Assembly (NCBI GenBank): GCA_051294905.1
Contig: CM119371.1
Span: 27,468,001-27,528,000 of the forward strand
Length of the DNA: 60,000 bases
From: Botryllus schlosseri
Taxonomy: Eukaryota
Direction of reading: 5' to 3'
How positions within the stretch are numbered: the first letter of the stretch is position 1; each line of letters starts with the position of its first letter. Both the position numbers and the translations under genes were made by a program. Shown one piece after another: positions 13,073 through 25,787 of this stretch. The notes under the pieces were generated by a model. The model made no database searches and was not told where the DNA came from. It worked only from the letters and a program-made list of their open reading frames with translations.

Positions 13073-13384
13073 CTATACAGTATGTGACGCATCGACATAA
13101 TCTTCATTTTGAAACGAAATACTTTTCATAACTCTCAGTAGCGATTTACACGTTAGTAGCATCTCGACATCGATTGGAAAGAGCAAATACAACAGGTCTT
13201 TGACTTTATATCCATAGCAATACCCCTGCTCTAGCTTTAGTAGCAACGCCAAGGCTGTAATGACTCGAATCGTGTCTTGAAATCTTGGTGGATGTGTCTT
13301 GATTCCAGTCATTTTCTTAAACATGGAAGCTGATCGGACCAGACTTGAAGAAATGAGGAAATACAGTGCTTCTTTGGGAAACAA
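13073..13384 (-). pseudogene. DED-like open reading frame or exon
   Basis: LYFLISSSLVRS..ITALALLLKLEQGY..KVKDLLYLLFPIDVEMLL matches the DED helix pattern (TALDL..LE..G....L..LL..I...LL). No internal stop. Confidence 0.5.
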
Positions 13385-13524
13385 AAAGGGATGTGAAGTT
13401 TTATTACAAGCATTTGATCATACAAAGTCAACTTTCAAGCACCTCAACGAACTCAAAAAATAAATTTAACGCGTAATAACTCAGCTATGTTTCGATATTG
13501 CATAAATATGGATCGCGGCGACAA

Positions 13525-13809
13525 TCAGGTTCGTAAAGTGGCCCTTCGCCCATTTTGAGTTGGTGACGCCTGATGACTATGCAACTCAGTAAACGTGACT
13601 AGTTTAGCACGTCTTTTCCGCAACTTATCCAACCATCTAACCTTGGAAATAGCGAAAAACTCCAACTCACCCTCACATGACACTTCCCGTGAAACGTGCA
13701 CTGGAGTGAACGCCAAATTATCTCCTGGACACCAGTCAGCACCAGCCAAGCGGGCCCCAACGCACTCTGTAAGATATTTGAAAGAGTTTTGTAGTGTTGA
13801 AGCGGACAC
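13525..13809 (-). pseudogene. Death-fold (death domain-like) remnant
   Basis: SFKYLTECVGARLAGADW..NLAFTPV..KLRKRRAKLVTFTELHS, similar to the 52018-52320 translation. Confidence 0.4.
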
Positions 13810-15329
13810 TATATCTTCTACTATGGTGGTTTTTAACTAGTGATCCTTGTCAACTTCTGACTGGCTGCCAAATATATATCAATTATAAACCTCTTTTGGG
13901 AAATGCGAGGAACTAAAGACTTGTACATTTAAGACACAAAACGTCAAATTTGCGACTGATGTAAAATTTTAGAACGTAATTTACCGTCCTGTGATATTTA
14001 TTCTCTGCTTTGGCGGCCTCATCTCACGTTATTACTGTAAATGTTGTACAGAACTGTTTAGAATCGACATACAAACAGTATTATGGAGACTGGACAGCTA
14101 CGAAGGCCGTTGTTAATATCAACGCAATTCGACATTTGATTGAATGATACTGAATGATCAAGTATGTCTATGAAACAGAAAAATCATTTCTTCCCAATGA
14201 AAATCTACAATCATTACCAAGTTATTTATTTGATTAAATTTCGCAATGCGGAAACTTCAATATAATTTCATATATTATGTGTGATATAAAATATTATATT
14301 GAAGTTTCTATATACTTTCGAGTTCCATAGTTCTCTCGCTACCGGCGTTGTCGACTTGATTTGATTTCTGACGGTGTATCGATTCACAATCTATGTTGAA
14401 GCTACAGCTAAAACAGATGTGAACCTCTTCTTCATGACAGACACATGAACACGACAGGCATACAGGTAGTGAGATTTTTCATGTCAAAGAGGAAACGAAA
14501 TTTGAAATTCACAAAGTGTTTGTTCTAGTTCTGCGATATGGGAAGGACAGGTGTGTGAATTGTCAACGCCGTAAATAGTCTATTATCACTTACCGAGCTC
14601 TCTGCGCGCTGATCTTTGATTTTCAAGAGTCTCGTCATGGCAGGCAACGGGTAACGCAGGAGGCTTTCTCTTCCGTTCTAAATCAAGATTACTGTTGTCA
14701 ACCGAATAGGCTAAATCACCTCTTCCCGATAACCAGACTCTGCTACCTATTCGGCGGCGTAAAGCCTATTTAAACATCCCATAGCAGGAACGTGGAACTA
14801 ATATCCAGTAATTCGGATTTTGCTCGTGGCACAAAAGAAGCGATTAGTGAATAAGATGTGACTTTTTATCGGGTAAACTTGAATGTAGATATGGAGGTTA
14901 ATGCATTTCAAATCCGCCCTCTTGTCTCGCACACTTAATTCAATCCGACTCAGTCATCATTGGAAGTCAAACCTTTGAATTAGAAGGGAAATGTATTGCC
15001 AGTCTGGAACATCTGAACTTAATTGTGATAATTCTACCTAAAATGCGACACATTTCTCAGTCAGAGATATACATTCTCATCGGTTGACTTAGCGGGAGAA
15101 CAAGAATCATTATAACGAACAATCGGTATCGCTAACTCTTGAGAGACATTCAAAATTATAAATTGAAGAAGACGAGACGTAACACTGTCGACAAAAATGG
15201 GGCAAGGTATTGTGCGACTTTCACGTGATAAATGAATGCTTTTCTTAACGAATCGTAAACATGCGAGTACCTCAACTCGAGAACAGAAAAAGGAAATAAA
15301 TTGAGACGCTTTGCCAAGAAGAATTTACA

Positions 15330-16410
15330 TTATCGATAGTTGGCACCAGGCACTTTAAATTGCTATTTTGACATGATGACGAGGCCGTTTGGGTGATGTT
15401 ACCAAAAACATCAGGCTCTGCGTCGACGCCAGCTACAATGGGATTTTAAATGTCTAGCCTTCGTACATATTCCAAATCAAAGAAACGTATATAATTCATC
15501 ATATTTTGTCCATTCTATCTTGACAGGCTCGAGCAGTTAAGAAATTATTTTGATCATTCGCATTACCCAAAGTAGGTGCTGCCTATAAGTACTACTCACT
15601 CAACTGGTCACTGCTACCGCAGTTTTCCACCTCCCTTTTTAAACTCAATACAGTAGTTCAGGAGTATCGTTACATCATCGTGATGGGTGACACCATCTGG
15701 GAAGCTTCACCACGGGAAACTAAATTTATTTTCGAAAATTGCAGATATACAGGTAGTGCAGTTAATCATTTTACGCCAGTGACGAAGACGCACATTGCAG
15801 GTTCAAAAGTCGTCACGTCCAATTAACTGCTGGAAGTATGCGAGTCCTCGACAATATCTACTTCTTCTGATTACTAGCGTGAGCAATTCTCAGACACCCG
15901 TGTTAGAACTTGTCGTTTCAAGTAGTTCCGACATGTCTTAAAAGTCGTTACCTCTCTTAAAACGTGAGTATTTTACGACGACGTTACTCCTACATTTACT
16001 TGAGTATCAGCATTTACGAGTTTAACCACCTCTGACAGTGAGATAGGCATGTTAACGATTCCACAGTTCAGATAAACATGTCGAACACCGACATAGATTA
16101 ATTGCCTAGGGTCACTTGCATTCAAGCTTTATAAGCATAGCGAAGTGCCAAGGATGTCTATGTCTAGAGCTTTGAATTCTAGATCACTGACCGTAGTTCC
16201 TCTCCAACACTCTCTGCTCTTCGTTGGATGACGTCACGTTGCAAGAATAGCTGGATTGCGATACTGTGCCGTCACCACGTTCCCGGGTAGAAGGCCGAGA
16301 TGACATTGATTCGCAAATCAATATTTTTTCGCGATTCCCTTAATGTAGCAACATTCTTCAGTATGATGAAGGGGTCTACTTCACACGCATCTTCGGGACT
16401 AACGCGAAAT
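15330..16410 (-). pseudogene. Decayed multi-RRM-like coding remnant (unit 2)
   Basis: DACEVDPFIILKNV.., DPRQLIYVGV.., PAMCVFVTGVK*LTALPVYLQFSKI: long stop-sparse frames. The LQFS[KR] motif is shared with the 1.3-kb copy. Confidence 0.45.
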
Positions 16411-17159
16411 TACTAATGACGTCGCATAAAGGCGCCATTTACTAAAATATAAGTAGTTACGGTGACGCAGGCGCTACATCCAATGGCTTTGATGATGGTT
16501 AGAAGGGACCTATTCGAACACAATTACTTGATAAATTCCTCAATCTAAAAAGTTGTTCACTCGGTAGACTGTAGGATGATTTGTAGGATATGTATAATAC
16601 ATTTGTAGCAATTAGTTTGAACATACGTATTATCAAAGGTAGGAGTCAGCAACGATTTTTGATCTAAGGACCGTTTCAAAATGAAACGCACCGGTGTTCA
16701 AAAACCACAAATATTCTACGTTGAAAATTGATCACACCTCATACAATATAAGGTCATCAAGGGGTTCACAGCAGAGCAGAAATACACATGTGGCGATTAA
16801 GAAGATTAACTTGATCATCTATAAATTTTTATCAATGATCTTGAACACTGTGCAAAAACTGTACGAACGTTTAGCGGACCAGTAACGAGATCCTCGCGGA
16901 CTTTAGTAGGCGTCTCCGCAATGTTGCATATGCCGAAAGATAAGTTTAGCCGATAGCACCAAAATGTTTTCACAATATTCTTAAAGCCAGTTAAGGATTT
17001 GGATCATTACTTTTGTTCTTGAAACGATGCGGTGTAGTGTAAGGAGTCTACAGGGTTCCAAGCATCGGATACGCATACCGACATATAACAGTTACTGTGT
17101 TTTCTAATATAGGTCTGCTTATGGGAATCATATTTATATCGACTGTAGAGCGTATAGAG

Positions 17160-18707
17160 TAGAGGTCTCAAACTCAAATGTGCTCGCGGGCCAATTTCCT
17201 AGGTTTAATGACGCCGCGGGCCACAGCATCAATAATAGGGATATTCAGTGTATAATTTACCTGTAGGCCTTATTTCACGGGACCTTGCAGGCATGCATTC
17301 CACAAACATCGTGGGAATGTAATTTACTATTGTACTATTCACGCTTGACACGGAATGAAATCCAATTTTCAAGTATTTGAAGAAAATTGCTTTTGTGTCG
17401 AGCATAATTTTTTTAATTAATGAGTTATAGACATCATGCGAGTTATAATATTGCAGCTAGTGGAGTTATAATATTGCTAGTGGAGTTATAACATTGTGAG
17501 GTTATAATATTGCAGCTCGTGGACCTTTGACGTGCCACAATTTCATGTCGAATATTTTAAAATCTACTGAAGATTGGTCTGATATCAGAGCATTTGAGCG
17601 GTGTAGCCTTATCCTGGTGTTGACATTTAGTTGTGATAAGTAGAGGCTATTTTTGCTGTCATTGCCAAAGTCAAATTAAATCAGCGTTAGAGTTTGCCTT
17701 CGAATATTATTGGAACATATCAATAACAACTTAAATATAATCATTGTTGAGCCAGCATTGCTTCTCAACCTTTTTAGCGATCGTACCCTTTGTGCTTTCA
17801 ATAAGATTTCTCGTAGCCCCTGTCAGTTTTCAACACGATTCCTTATTGTACCTATATTAAAATCAGAAATCCCATTAACACAAAATTGCGGCTAGCGCGA
17901 ATTTTCTAGTTGAATAAATTGACCAAGAAAATATTCCACGGCACATAGGCCTAGTTCCACAAGACATCTCGTACACCCGGATGTGGTGCTTCGTACCCCG
18001 ATGGGGTCTACGGACCCTGGTTAAGAGGCCCCGTAATAGAAATGTCCAATCGGCGAGGAATTCATAGGTGTTACAGCTGTAGAGCGTACTACAACGTTAC
18101 TCGCCACCGATAGTAACATGGATAAAGAGAACAAACAACACCCAGCATGTAACCAACCATCGTCACACGGTCAAAGAATACCAATGGTTGACATGCTGAT
18201 TAGATCGCTATATACCCTGGGTAACGTAAGCTACGGCATTTTGATATACTACTATTCCCTATGACAGTTTCAGAGATTGTTGCGTCTGTAGGATTACCAA
18301 GTCGCCGTTCCGAGTCGCAAGTCTTCTGATTTTAAAGTTTGACCCGACTCAACTCGAGTCATTTTCATTTAATCATCCAGTCAACCCGAAATCAAGTAAT
18401 TTTACGAGAAGGTCGAAACTAACCAAATCACAATTTTCAATCACGAATCCTCAACATGTTTTATCATCATGAACTAGAATTGTGACGTACTAGCTGATCT
18501 TCGACCGCATGGTAGCTTTTGAAAATGATGTGATAGTTGAGTTTGTTCAGTTTCCTGTGATTTTTATACTAGTTTTATCGTGAACTTTGAGTTCTTATAT
18601 CTAAAAAGAAATATGGCACTTGAATATATTGTTGAATACTTGAAATTCCCAAATGCCGTCGCGGGCTGCACGAAATGCTCTCGCGGGCCGCGTGTTTGAG
18701 ACCTCTG
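17160..18707 (+). mobile_element. Composite hAT non-autonomous element (copy 1)
   Basis: TIRs (T)AGAGGTCTCAAAC / GTTTGAGACCTCTG, perfect TSD gtatagag. Homologous over its length to 45300-47452 in inverted orientation. Confidence 0.92.
17440..17521. repeat. Short tandem repeat (~20-23 bp, about 4 copies, core gagttataatattg)
   Basis: Directly visible in the sequence. Confidence 0.8.
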
Positions 18708-19368
18708 GTATAGAGGTTGAAAGTCGTATCATCAGTCGGCGTAGTATCACCAAGGTGGCCATAACATATACGTGAATGTTTAAAACACGCAAACCACAAA
18801 ATGGAATCAGTCACACCTATCCATGCATCAGATATAGGATCAGAGACATAGTAATTCGCAGAGTTGTAATGACTCGAGTCATGACTCGACTCGAGTCGCG
18901 ATTTTTTTGTGACTCGACTTGACTCGAGTCATTTTCTTGAAATGGGAAAATGACTCGACTCGACACGAGTCAATATTTGGATTGACTCGACTCGAGTCAA
19001 TATTTGGATTGACTCGACTTGCACTCGAGTCATTACGCATGACTCGACCCAAGTCATTGTCTTGGCTTATTTTATATGACTCGAAGACGAATAAAAATCG
19101 CGAATCGTAATGGCTAGATCAACGCATCTGACGAATTCTGCCGACATCGCTATTTGTCACCACTGCTCACCTTCGTTGCACTTAGTCTGATACAATAGGC
19201 CGTAAAAACAACAGACACTGATACCCAAAACCCCCAGACCCTATAGCAATGCATTACATCCCAGTGATGAAGAGGTAATAAATCCCCCGCAATCAAAGTA
19301 CCGTACTCAAGACTTTTCAATTATACAAGCAAAGACGCAAGTCCAAAGTTCAAATTAGAGTCAATGCA

Positions 19369-19629
19369 ATGACTCAGATGATCACTTACTTGGAAGAGAC
19401 TGATAAACTCATGTGTAGATTTGAAGGCGATGATTATTTGCATTTTTGGGCGACTAGAAAGAATGAGTATCCAACGCTCTTCTGTGAGGTTGAAAAATGC
19501 TTGTCAATTCCTGCATCCAGCGCACCAGTGGAAAGTGTATTCAGTAAATGTGGATGTATTCTAAGGCCATGCCGCTTTAATATATCTGAGGATCTTGTAT
19601 TTTTGAAGTGTAACTCATCATTGATTTGA
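19369..19629 (+). pseudogene. hAT transposase C-terminal dimerisation domain remnant (Ac/ZBED-like)
   Basis: LHFWATRKNEYPTL..KCLSIPASSAPVESVFSKCGCILRPCR..LVFLKCN is the canonical hAT dimerisation motif. Confidence 0.9.
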
Positions 19630-19742
19630 TCTGCAGTCTGTGAAAACACACAATACCCTCCGTCCATTTGACGTTTTATTAGGTATGTGCATTGTGCACT
19701 TGAGTAATAATGAATGGCTAATGTTGTGTGATGTTTGTACAG

Positions 19743-20222
19743 TAGGGCTGTTCAAAAATAACTTTTTTTTTTTATTTTTACTTGATGGCTACTTGATAAA
19801 ATTGTTAGTTGTTCATTAAAAGAACACTGAATCTGGTTAATTTTAAAGAAAGCAGAATCAATGATATGAGAAGAAACACACACTGAATCCGATTATTGAG
19901 AATTTAGTAGAAATTTCGTATATATTACATACTAGTGTAAGCCGACAATTTTTTCATATCCAAAATATCCTACTCTGATAACTTCGCTTGTTCTTGTTGG
20001 AATTGAGCCAAATTTGCTATGAATCATATTTTTACACAATCTAACAATATCGTGAGGTAGCCAGTAAAATTCGAAAATCTCTATCGTAATTAATCCAAAA
20101 TTTTCACCCAGAGCATTACTTTCTACCGGTCGGAATTGAGCCAAATTTGAGTTTTTTTTTAGGCAATCCAACAATTCTAAGAAGTAGCCGGAAAATTGGA
20201 AAAAATGTCTTTTAACAGCCCC
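19743..20222. mobile_element. Probable nested TIR element (TAGGGCTGTT family)
   Basis: TAGGGCTGTTCAAAA ... TTTTAACAGCCCCA, internal gaattgagccaaattt repeats, TSD not evident. Confidence 0.5.
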
Positions 20223-21329
20223 AATTATTTTTCCAAATGCCGTAACTGCGATGAAGTCTTAAATCAATTAGGAAAACCTTTGGTAATATCAAAAGGTATC
20301 TGTTTTTTGTCACTGCACGTGCACGCTGCATGCACGCTTCTACAGCATGCTGGTCTGGTGAAAATACCCCTACATAAACATGCATCTGTTGATTCTCTAT
20401 CACCTTATTTGTCGACGTGCATTCGTAGGTTCTCTATCAGATAGTATGTAGACTTTAATTCGTTGGTTCTCAATCAGCTATTTGTGAGCTGTCGTCGATG
20501 TGGTCGTAATAGAAACTGAATGCTTGTATTTGTGATGTATCAGACTGACAAGACATATATTTGATTTTAAGTTCTAAGATTAGTAAAGTTATCATATTGG
20601 CGGCCTGTCTCGTCTATCTGTAGCATCGGTAAACGAGGCCAGGAACTGTCCGTAATCTACCTAAATATACATGTGCCAAGACTCTGGTAGGGACAAAATA
20701 TGCATGTTTGGCAAGCAAGGAATTCGATATCACCCAAGCAGGATTGAAAACATTGGATGAACATGACTTCAATACTGTGACTTGGACTCGGACTCGAGTC
20801 ATAACACTATGACTCGGACTTGACCCGGTAAACGGTGACTTGGACTCGGACTCGACTCGGTGATGAATTGAAAATGACTCGACTTGACTCGAGTCAAAAC
20901 CAAAAAAGTCAGATCGACTCGTGACTCTGAACCATGTGACTTGGTTACAACCTTGGTAATTTGGATGTGCAAAATTCGAGTACAAGTTTAGAATCAATCC
21001 CCCAATGTCACATTCATCTAAACCTCATTATCGGACTCGCATTTGTTGGTCTTGTATGAAGGGTTCTGAGACTTGGGCCATGATCCCTATAGGGGTCCGT
21101 GAACTCGTTTTAGGGGCCCACGAATGGAAAATGTTGAATTGCATCCAGAAAATACTGATGGAGTTGAGCTTGATGGGATGACTTTTCCCCATTATTTTAG
21201 TTATCGGCTTTTGGAATGTTCGGCAGGGGGTGGGGTGCACAAGCAATCGCTCAAAGAAAGGCCTCCGCGAACAAAAAATGTTGAAGAACCCCAGATATAG
21301 CGCGCGACTTCGGTCTTCCAGCAGTGGAA

Positions 21330-22488
21330 GTTATATCGACCTCCATTCATGACTCCGCGTTCGGAAACAAATACAATGTAACGTAGGAGCACTCACTTGC
21401 AACATCTCGAGACGCCCTACAAACAACGTCTTTCGGTTTCCGTGAATCATCTACTTTCAGCGGCGACTTGCTTGCACGGTGCAGATTCTTCATAATCCTT
21501 GATATCCCCCGAAAACCTGTATTCATGTGTAAACAGTCAATGCTGGATCAATTCAATCGCTCATCAATGCCGAGATTTCCAAGAGAAATCCATCTACTCA
21601 AATTTGAAATCTCTGCCGCCGTGACACAGTTATTAACATCTTACATCTTTTATAAAATCTGTTGTTGAAATAATGGGACGTCACTTTCTACTTGACAAAA
21701 ACCCAAAATAAAGAAAAAGAGAGTGTGAATCTGATAACTTCTTGTGTAGAAATAATTTTTAATACAAACCACCGGATTGTTCACGAGTATACATGCATTG
21801 TCAAAACAAAGCTTTAGAGCAGGCGCTCTTAAAGTTAAGTCCGCAGAGTAGACTAGTTTACAGGGTATACGAAAGGTGATTATTGAAACCACAACTATTA
21901 AACCAAATAATACTAGAAAACCTACGTTTTATTTTGACATACGTCGTTTATTTAGACTTATTTACAGATCTCACCGTAGGTCGTTACCTAGTCCTCGAGT
22001 GGATTTTCAGGACACAAATAGATCGGATGGCAACCTGATTAGGACTGCGCGAAAGTGCTGATACCTTTATAGTCATCAGCTTCATGCAATTCGCGGATAT
22101 GAGATGAACGGAAGCGCCCAAACATTTAGGGGTCCGCGCTCGATAAAATATCAAAAAACACATTTCCATGGAGAGGCGTATACAACCGCATAAATTGACA
22201 TACCCATGTTGGTCTAAGTAAGAAGTACTGATCAAGTGCTACTAACCAGAGGTGACCTCAACATAGTCGGCGTTGGTATATAAATGAAGTAAGTAAAAGT
22301 CATGCAGTATATTTCGACTCTATTTCAAGAAGTAACGATTCCCAGAAATGTGTCAAAACTACTTCAAGTAGAAGTAAAAATGAGAAATTGAAAATTACTG
22401 AAATTGTTTAGTTTTAGAATTTTGATTCGGTCTGGATTGACGTACGTTCCATAGCCGACCCGAGGTCTCCATTTACGAATATGACCAT
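21330..22488 (-). pseudogene. Decayed multi-RRM-like coding region (continues 25422-25704 across the hAT insertion)
   Basis: MVIFVNGDL.., CFLIFY..VHLISANCMKLMTIKV, RSICVLKIHSRT, VSIITF, NACILVNNPVVCIKN. Stops and frameshifts present. Confidence 0.45.
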
Positions 22489-23984
22489 CAGACATGGGGT
22501 AATCGCGATTAGTAATCGTAATCGATTACGGCGATTACAGCATTTTGAAGTAATCGTAATCGCAATCGATTACATTCGATAAAAATCCGAAGTAATCGTA
22601 ATCGTAATCTACTGCTTCTCATATCTAATCGATTTGTTTGTAAAAAAACTATTACTTTTTGTTTGTACAAGGACTATGACATAAACTGAATATTCGTGAA
22701 CAAGAATGAGAGAATATACCACGTTAGCGTTAGCCCAAACGTCTGTTTTCAAACGCCACTGACTCATTATTACGGCAGAAGTATTAGCTCCGCTCGTCAT
22801 TGCGTAACAAGTATCCACACATAGTAAAGAGACATGCGATGGACATTGTAATGTGATTGTAAGAACACCTCCCGTGGTGTATATCAGGTTATCAATAAAC
22901 TACAGAAGCCGCTACCTCGCAGCAGGATATTGATCACCACTCTGCCTATAGTTTCAAATAGTAACTTATGTATTAATGTTTGGTTGTGCTTAGTTAAACG
23001 CAGTTTACAATTTCTGCTTGGCGAGCATGAGGCCTACGTACGCACGTGCACCTGACGAAGATTCGGAATTTTGTACTCGTGGAATAAGACATTGCAGTTT
23101 CCACAACGAAGCATTACAAATAAACAGCTGCTGATATATATCATAACCGAGCCGTGCTTAGCCGTTTCTCGTAATAGCAGCTCGCTGTATATGTATTAAG
23201 TTGAAGGCAGAATTTTTATGTTAACCATATCTTATTCTCATATAACTACTTGAAACGGGCGTAAATCGTTATTTCACAGTTCGTTACTTAGCATTTGGAC
23301 CTGCCGCCATAACCATCCGCTTATATAGCCTGCCATGTTAGCGTGGGTTGTAGCTAGAATCAGCAATTCGGCCAAAACATCAATTCCCCTGTCCAACCGT
23401 TCGTCAATTTTCAAAAGTGAATTTCGTCAATAATATTGGTAATTGCATTATATTACTATTATAACCTCTCTGAGCCCGAGTGTCAGATTTACCTGTAAAG
23501 CTGGGGTACGTAATTCATATTCATAGCATCTGGTATGTTGTTATAATTACTGTATGTTGTTAATTCGCGACCTCCAGTCCGTTGTATAATCACAAGATAT
23601 TGTACTCGCCCAAACGTAGCAGACTAAAAGAATATCTTTTGTGAGACGCACACACAAATTGTCATGGCTTTATTCTTTTGTGGATGCGCCGGGTGACATT
23701 TGCATTGTGGGCCCAGATTGGAAGGACAGGAGTTATTAGTCCCGCCCACTCAGCGCGGCTATTGACAATGGACGAATACCTTAAGTTTCGGCCATGGTAT
23801 TTCTTTGGTATCACATCCCGTGGAGTTGCGTGTTGGCCGAAACTGCATATGTGTTTTGGTGTGTTGTGGGATCGTGGCGCGGTAATGACCGGCTACGAAA
23901 TGCCCGTTCCCATAAAATATAGCCTATGTATGTTTTTTCTTGATGGGAAGAGGTATGCATTTCAAACCCAGCTATCTACTGGAG

Positions 23985-24918
23985 CAGGGGTCACCAACTG
24001 TTTTGAAACAAAAAGCTACTTCTTGTGTAGTGTGTACTGATTATTGCGACGACCGACGGGTTACCTCGTACTCCCGTCGTTTATCCATGTTCAGTTGGAT
24101 TTCTTCACTTAGAGTAAGACAATCAGAGCACTGGGCCGGGTTTCCGCCCCTTACCAAGAAAATAAAACGCTCACTCGCAGGGACTCACACCAGCTCCTCC
24201 AAGCTCAGTTGCGTTGCTGCAGTGCGCGCAGAAGCGCCGATCTCCGCGTCTAGACTCGGGAATATTAACTATATAGGTTCCCGTTGAGCCGCCGCGTGGG
24301 CGAAGACAAGCAATGCCCCGAGCGACTGCGTTCGTATGTTCCTTGGCGTCGGCCGACCCATGTTCAACTGCTGCTCATATGAAACGAGCTTCAACTATCA
24401 AATCTCTCATTTGGATATTTGCTACAGCGCAGTGGTGGCAATACGAACGGGGGAGCCTGGGCGAGACTTACCGGGGGCCCCCCTATAAGTATATATCCGT
24501 AACTTATGGGGGGCTTGGCCCCCCAGACTCCTCTTTCGCATCTGTTATTATTATCTATCTATCAAGGTTTGGCCAGGTGCTGGATTCGGCCATGTCTATT
24601 TTTTCATGTGTGCAAAGATACACGACTTTAAAACTAAGTAATTTTACCGCATGCAGAGACGTGATGATTATCAGGATATGGTACTTTTCTAACAAATGCA
24701 GAGATTTGATGATGATTGACACATCTGTACGGAATCCTATTCTTGCCTTACACGGAGTTCCATGTTTATTCGTTATTATCCTTGAAAAAAGCGCATAATC
24801 CAAATAAGGGAGCCCTTCGGCCAGCCCCCCCTGGTGACCGACCACCTCGCCCACCCCAAAAGCCACCACTACTACAGCAACCGCGGGCGACTTATTTGGT
24901 CCGCGTTGGTGACCCCTG
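23985..24918. mobile_element. Nested hAT MITE
   Basis: CAGGGGTCACCAAC / GTTGGTGACCCCTG, TSD tactggag/taatagag (6/8). Confidence 0.85.
24430..24871. mobile_element. Doubly nested TIR element with 8-bp TSD
   Basis: CAGTGGTGGC / GCCACCACTA, TSD ctacagcg/ctacagca. Confidence 0.8.
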
Positions 24919-25421
24919 TAATAGAGATATTTGAATCGCAAAGCTCGAAAAACATTTACAAGAATTAATTAAATTCTCGAAAATGCTCTATAATATATGT
25001 TGGTTTACGAAATACTTTTGAGTCCCCTTCGAGCACGCTCCCCACTCTATTAAGGAATTTGGGGCGCGGCAGGTAAAGACCTGGCAATAATGCAAATCGT
25101 TGGATGCGATAAATCATCCACTATAAAGTTGGGCAATTGATATATTATGACGTAATAAGCAAATGACGCATGATGAAGAAAGTTGATATCTCATTAAGCC
25201 TTTTCATCGCAATCCTTGCATTGTCTTCCCATATATCATTTAAGATTATAGTCCTAAGCAAAACAAATGTAATCGTGAGTAATCGTGATTACTTTTTCAA
25301 TGTAATCGTAATCGTAATCGACTACTCCCTGATTTTGCTGTAATCGTAATCGTAATCGCGTGATTCCGAAGTAATCGTAATCGCAATCGATTACATTCAT
25401 AAAGTAATCCCCCCATGTCTG

Positions 25422-25704
25422 ATGACCATAATACCACTACAATTTGATACGATTTTAGAAAATACACGCAGTTACCGTGATCCTTGGGGCATGGATGGGT
25501 CATCTATTGACTATGACAAATTGATTCATAAACGTGCTGGCAACATCTCAAAACTATATCTATTTTCGAAATCCAAAGTCTCTAAGGTAAGTAGTTTGGC
25601 TTCAGATAACTGATCATTAAAAGTGGAAGCATCAAAAATACACCACTCAAGTGCGTTCGTAAGAAATGCTACAGTTGATGACAACCGACCATGAATAGTG
25701 ATCA
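25422..25704 (-). pseudogene. First RRM-like exon segment ('X')
   Basis: ttgtag| acceptor in phase 1, reading (V)ITIHGRLSSTVAFLTNALEWCIF..TLDFENRYSFEML, followed by stops. Confidence 0.45.
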
Positions 25705-25787
25705 CTACAAGTTTGTGTCAGGGGTCTTCATTGATTATCGTACGAACGGGGCGAAATAGGCGAGCCTATATTCAAGCATTAGCTCAC

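Larger units (their letters stand above)
5528..16815. repeat. Head-to-tail tandem segmental duplication (unit 1 ~5528-12720; unit 2 ~12721-16815)
   Basis: 5528-5835 matches 12721-13075. 7410-12715 without its MITE insertions matches 13968-16815. Confidence 0.9.
18859..20955 (+). mobile_element. hAT deletion derivative of the GACTCGAGTC family, carrying a transposase remnant
   Basis: TIRs CAGAGTTGTAA / TTACAACCTTG, TSD gtaattcg/gtaatttg, GACTC repeats at both ends. Confidence 0.9.
22489..25421. mobile_element. hAT non-autonomous element with GTAATC subterminal arrays
   Basis: TIRs CAGACATGGGG / CCCCATGTCTG, perfect TSD atgaccat. Confidence 0.93.

Noticed and set aside
13620..13660. KVRWL resembling the hAT transposase (T/V)RW motif
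   Set aside because: No other transposase motifs and no TIRs. The frame resembles the 52.0-52.3 kb death-fold-like remnant instead.
24313..24941. Longest ORFs in the track (161 and 128 aa)
   Set aside because: They span junctions of nested GC-rich MITEs and show no recognisable protein motifs.
25470..25535. Plus-strand DPWGMDGSSIDYDKLI resembles the tryptophanyl-tRNA synthetase motif DPW..IDYDKLI
   Set aside because: No other TrpRS motifs or exons were found, there is no GT donor, and the same DNA is better explained by the minus-strand paralogous exon X. Treated as chance, though a BLASTX check is cheap.
25530..25600. LETLDFENRYSFEML resembles the cadherin LDYE motif
   Set aside because: No DxNDNxP or AxD motifs, and the context matches the RRM-like modules.
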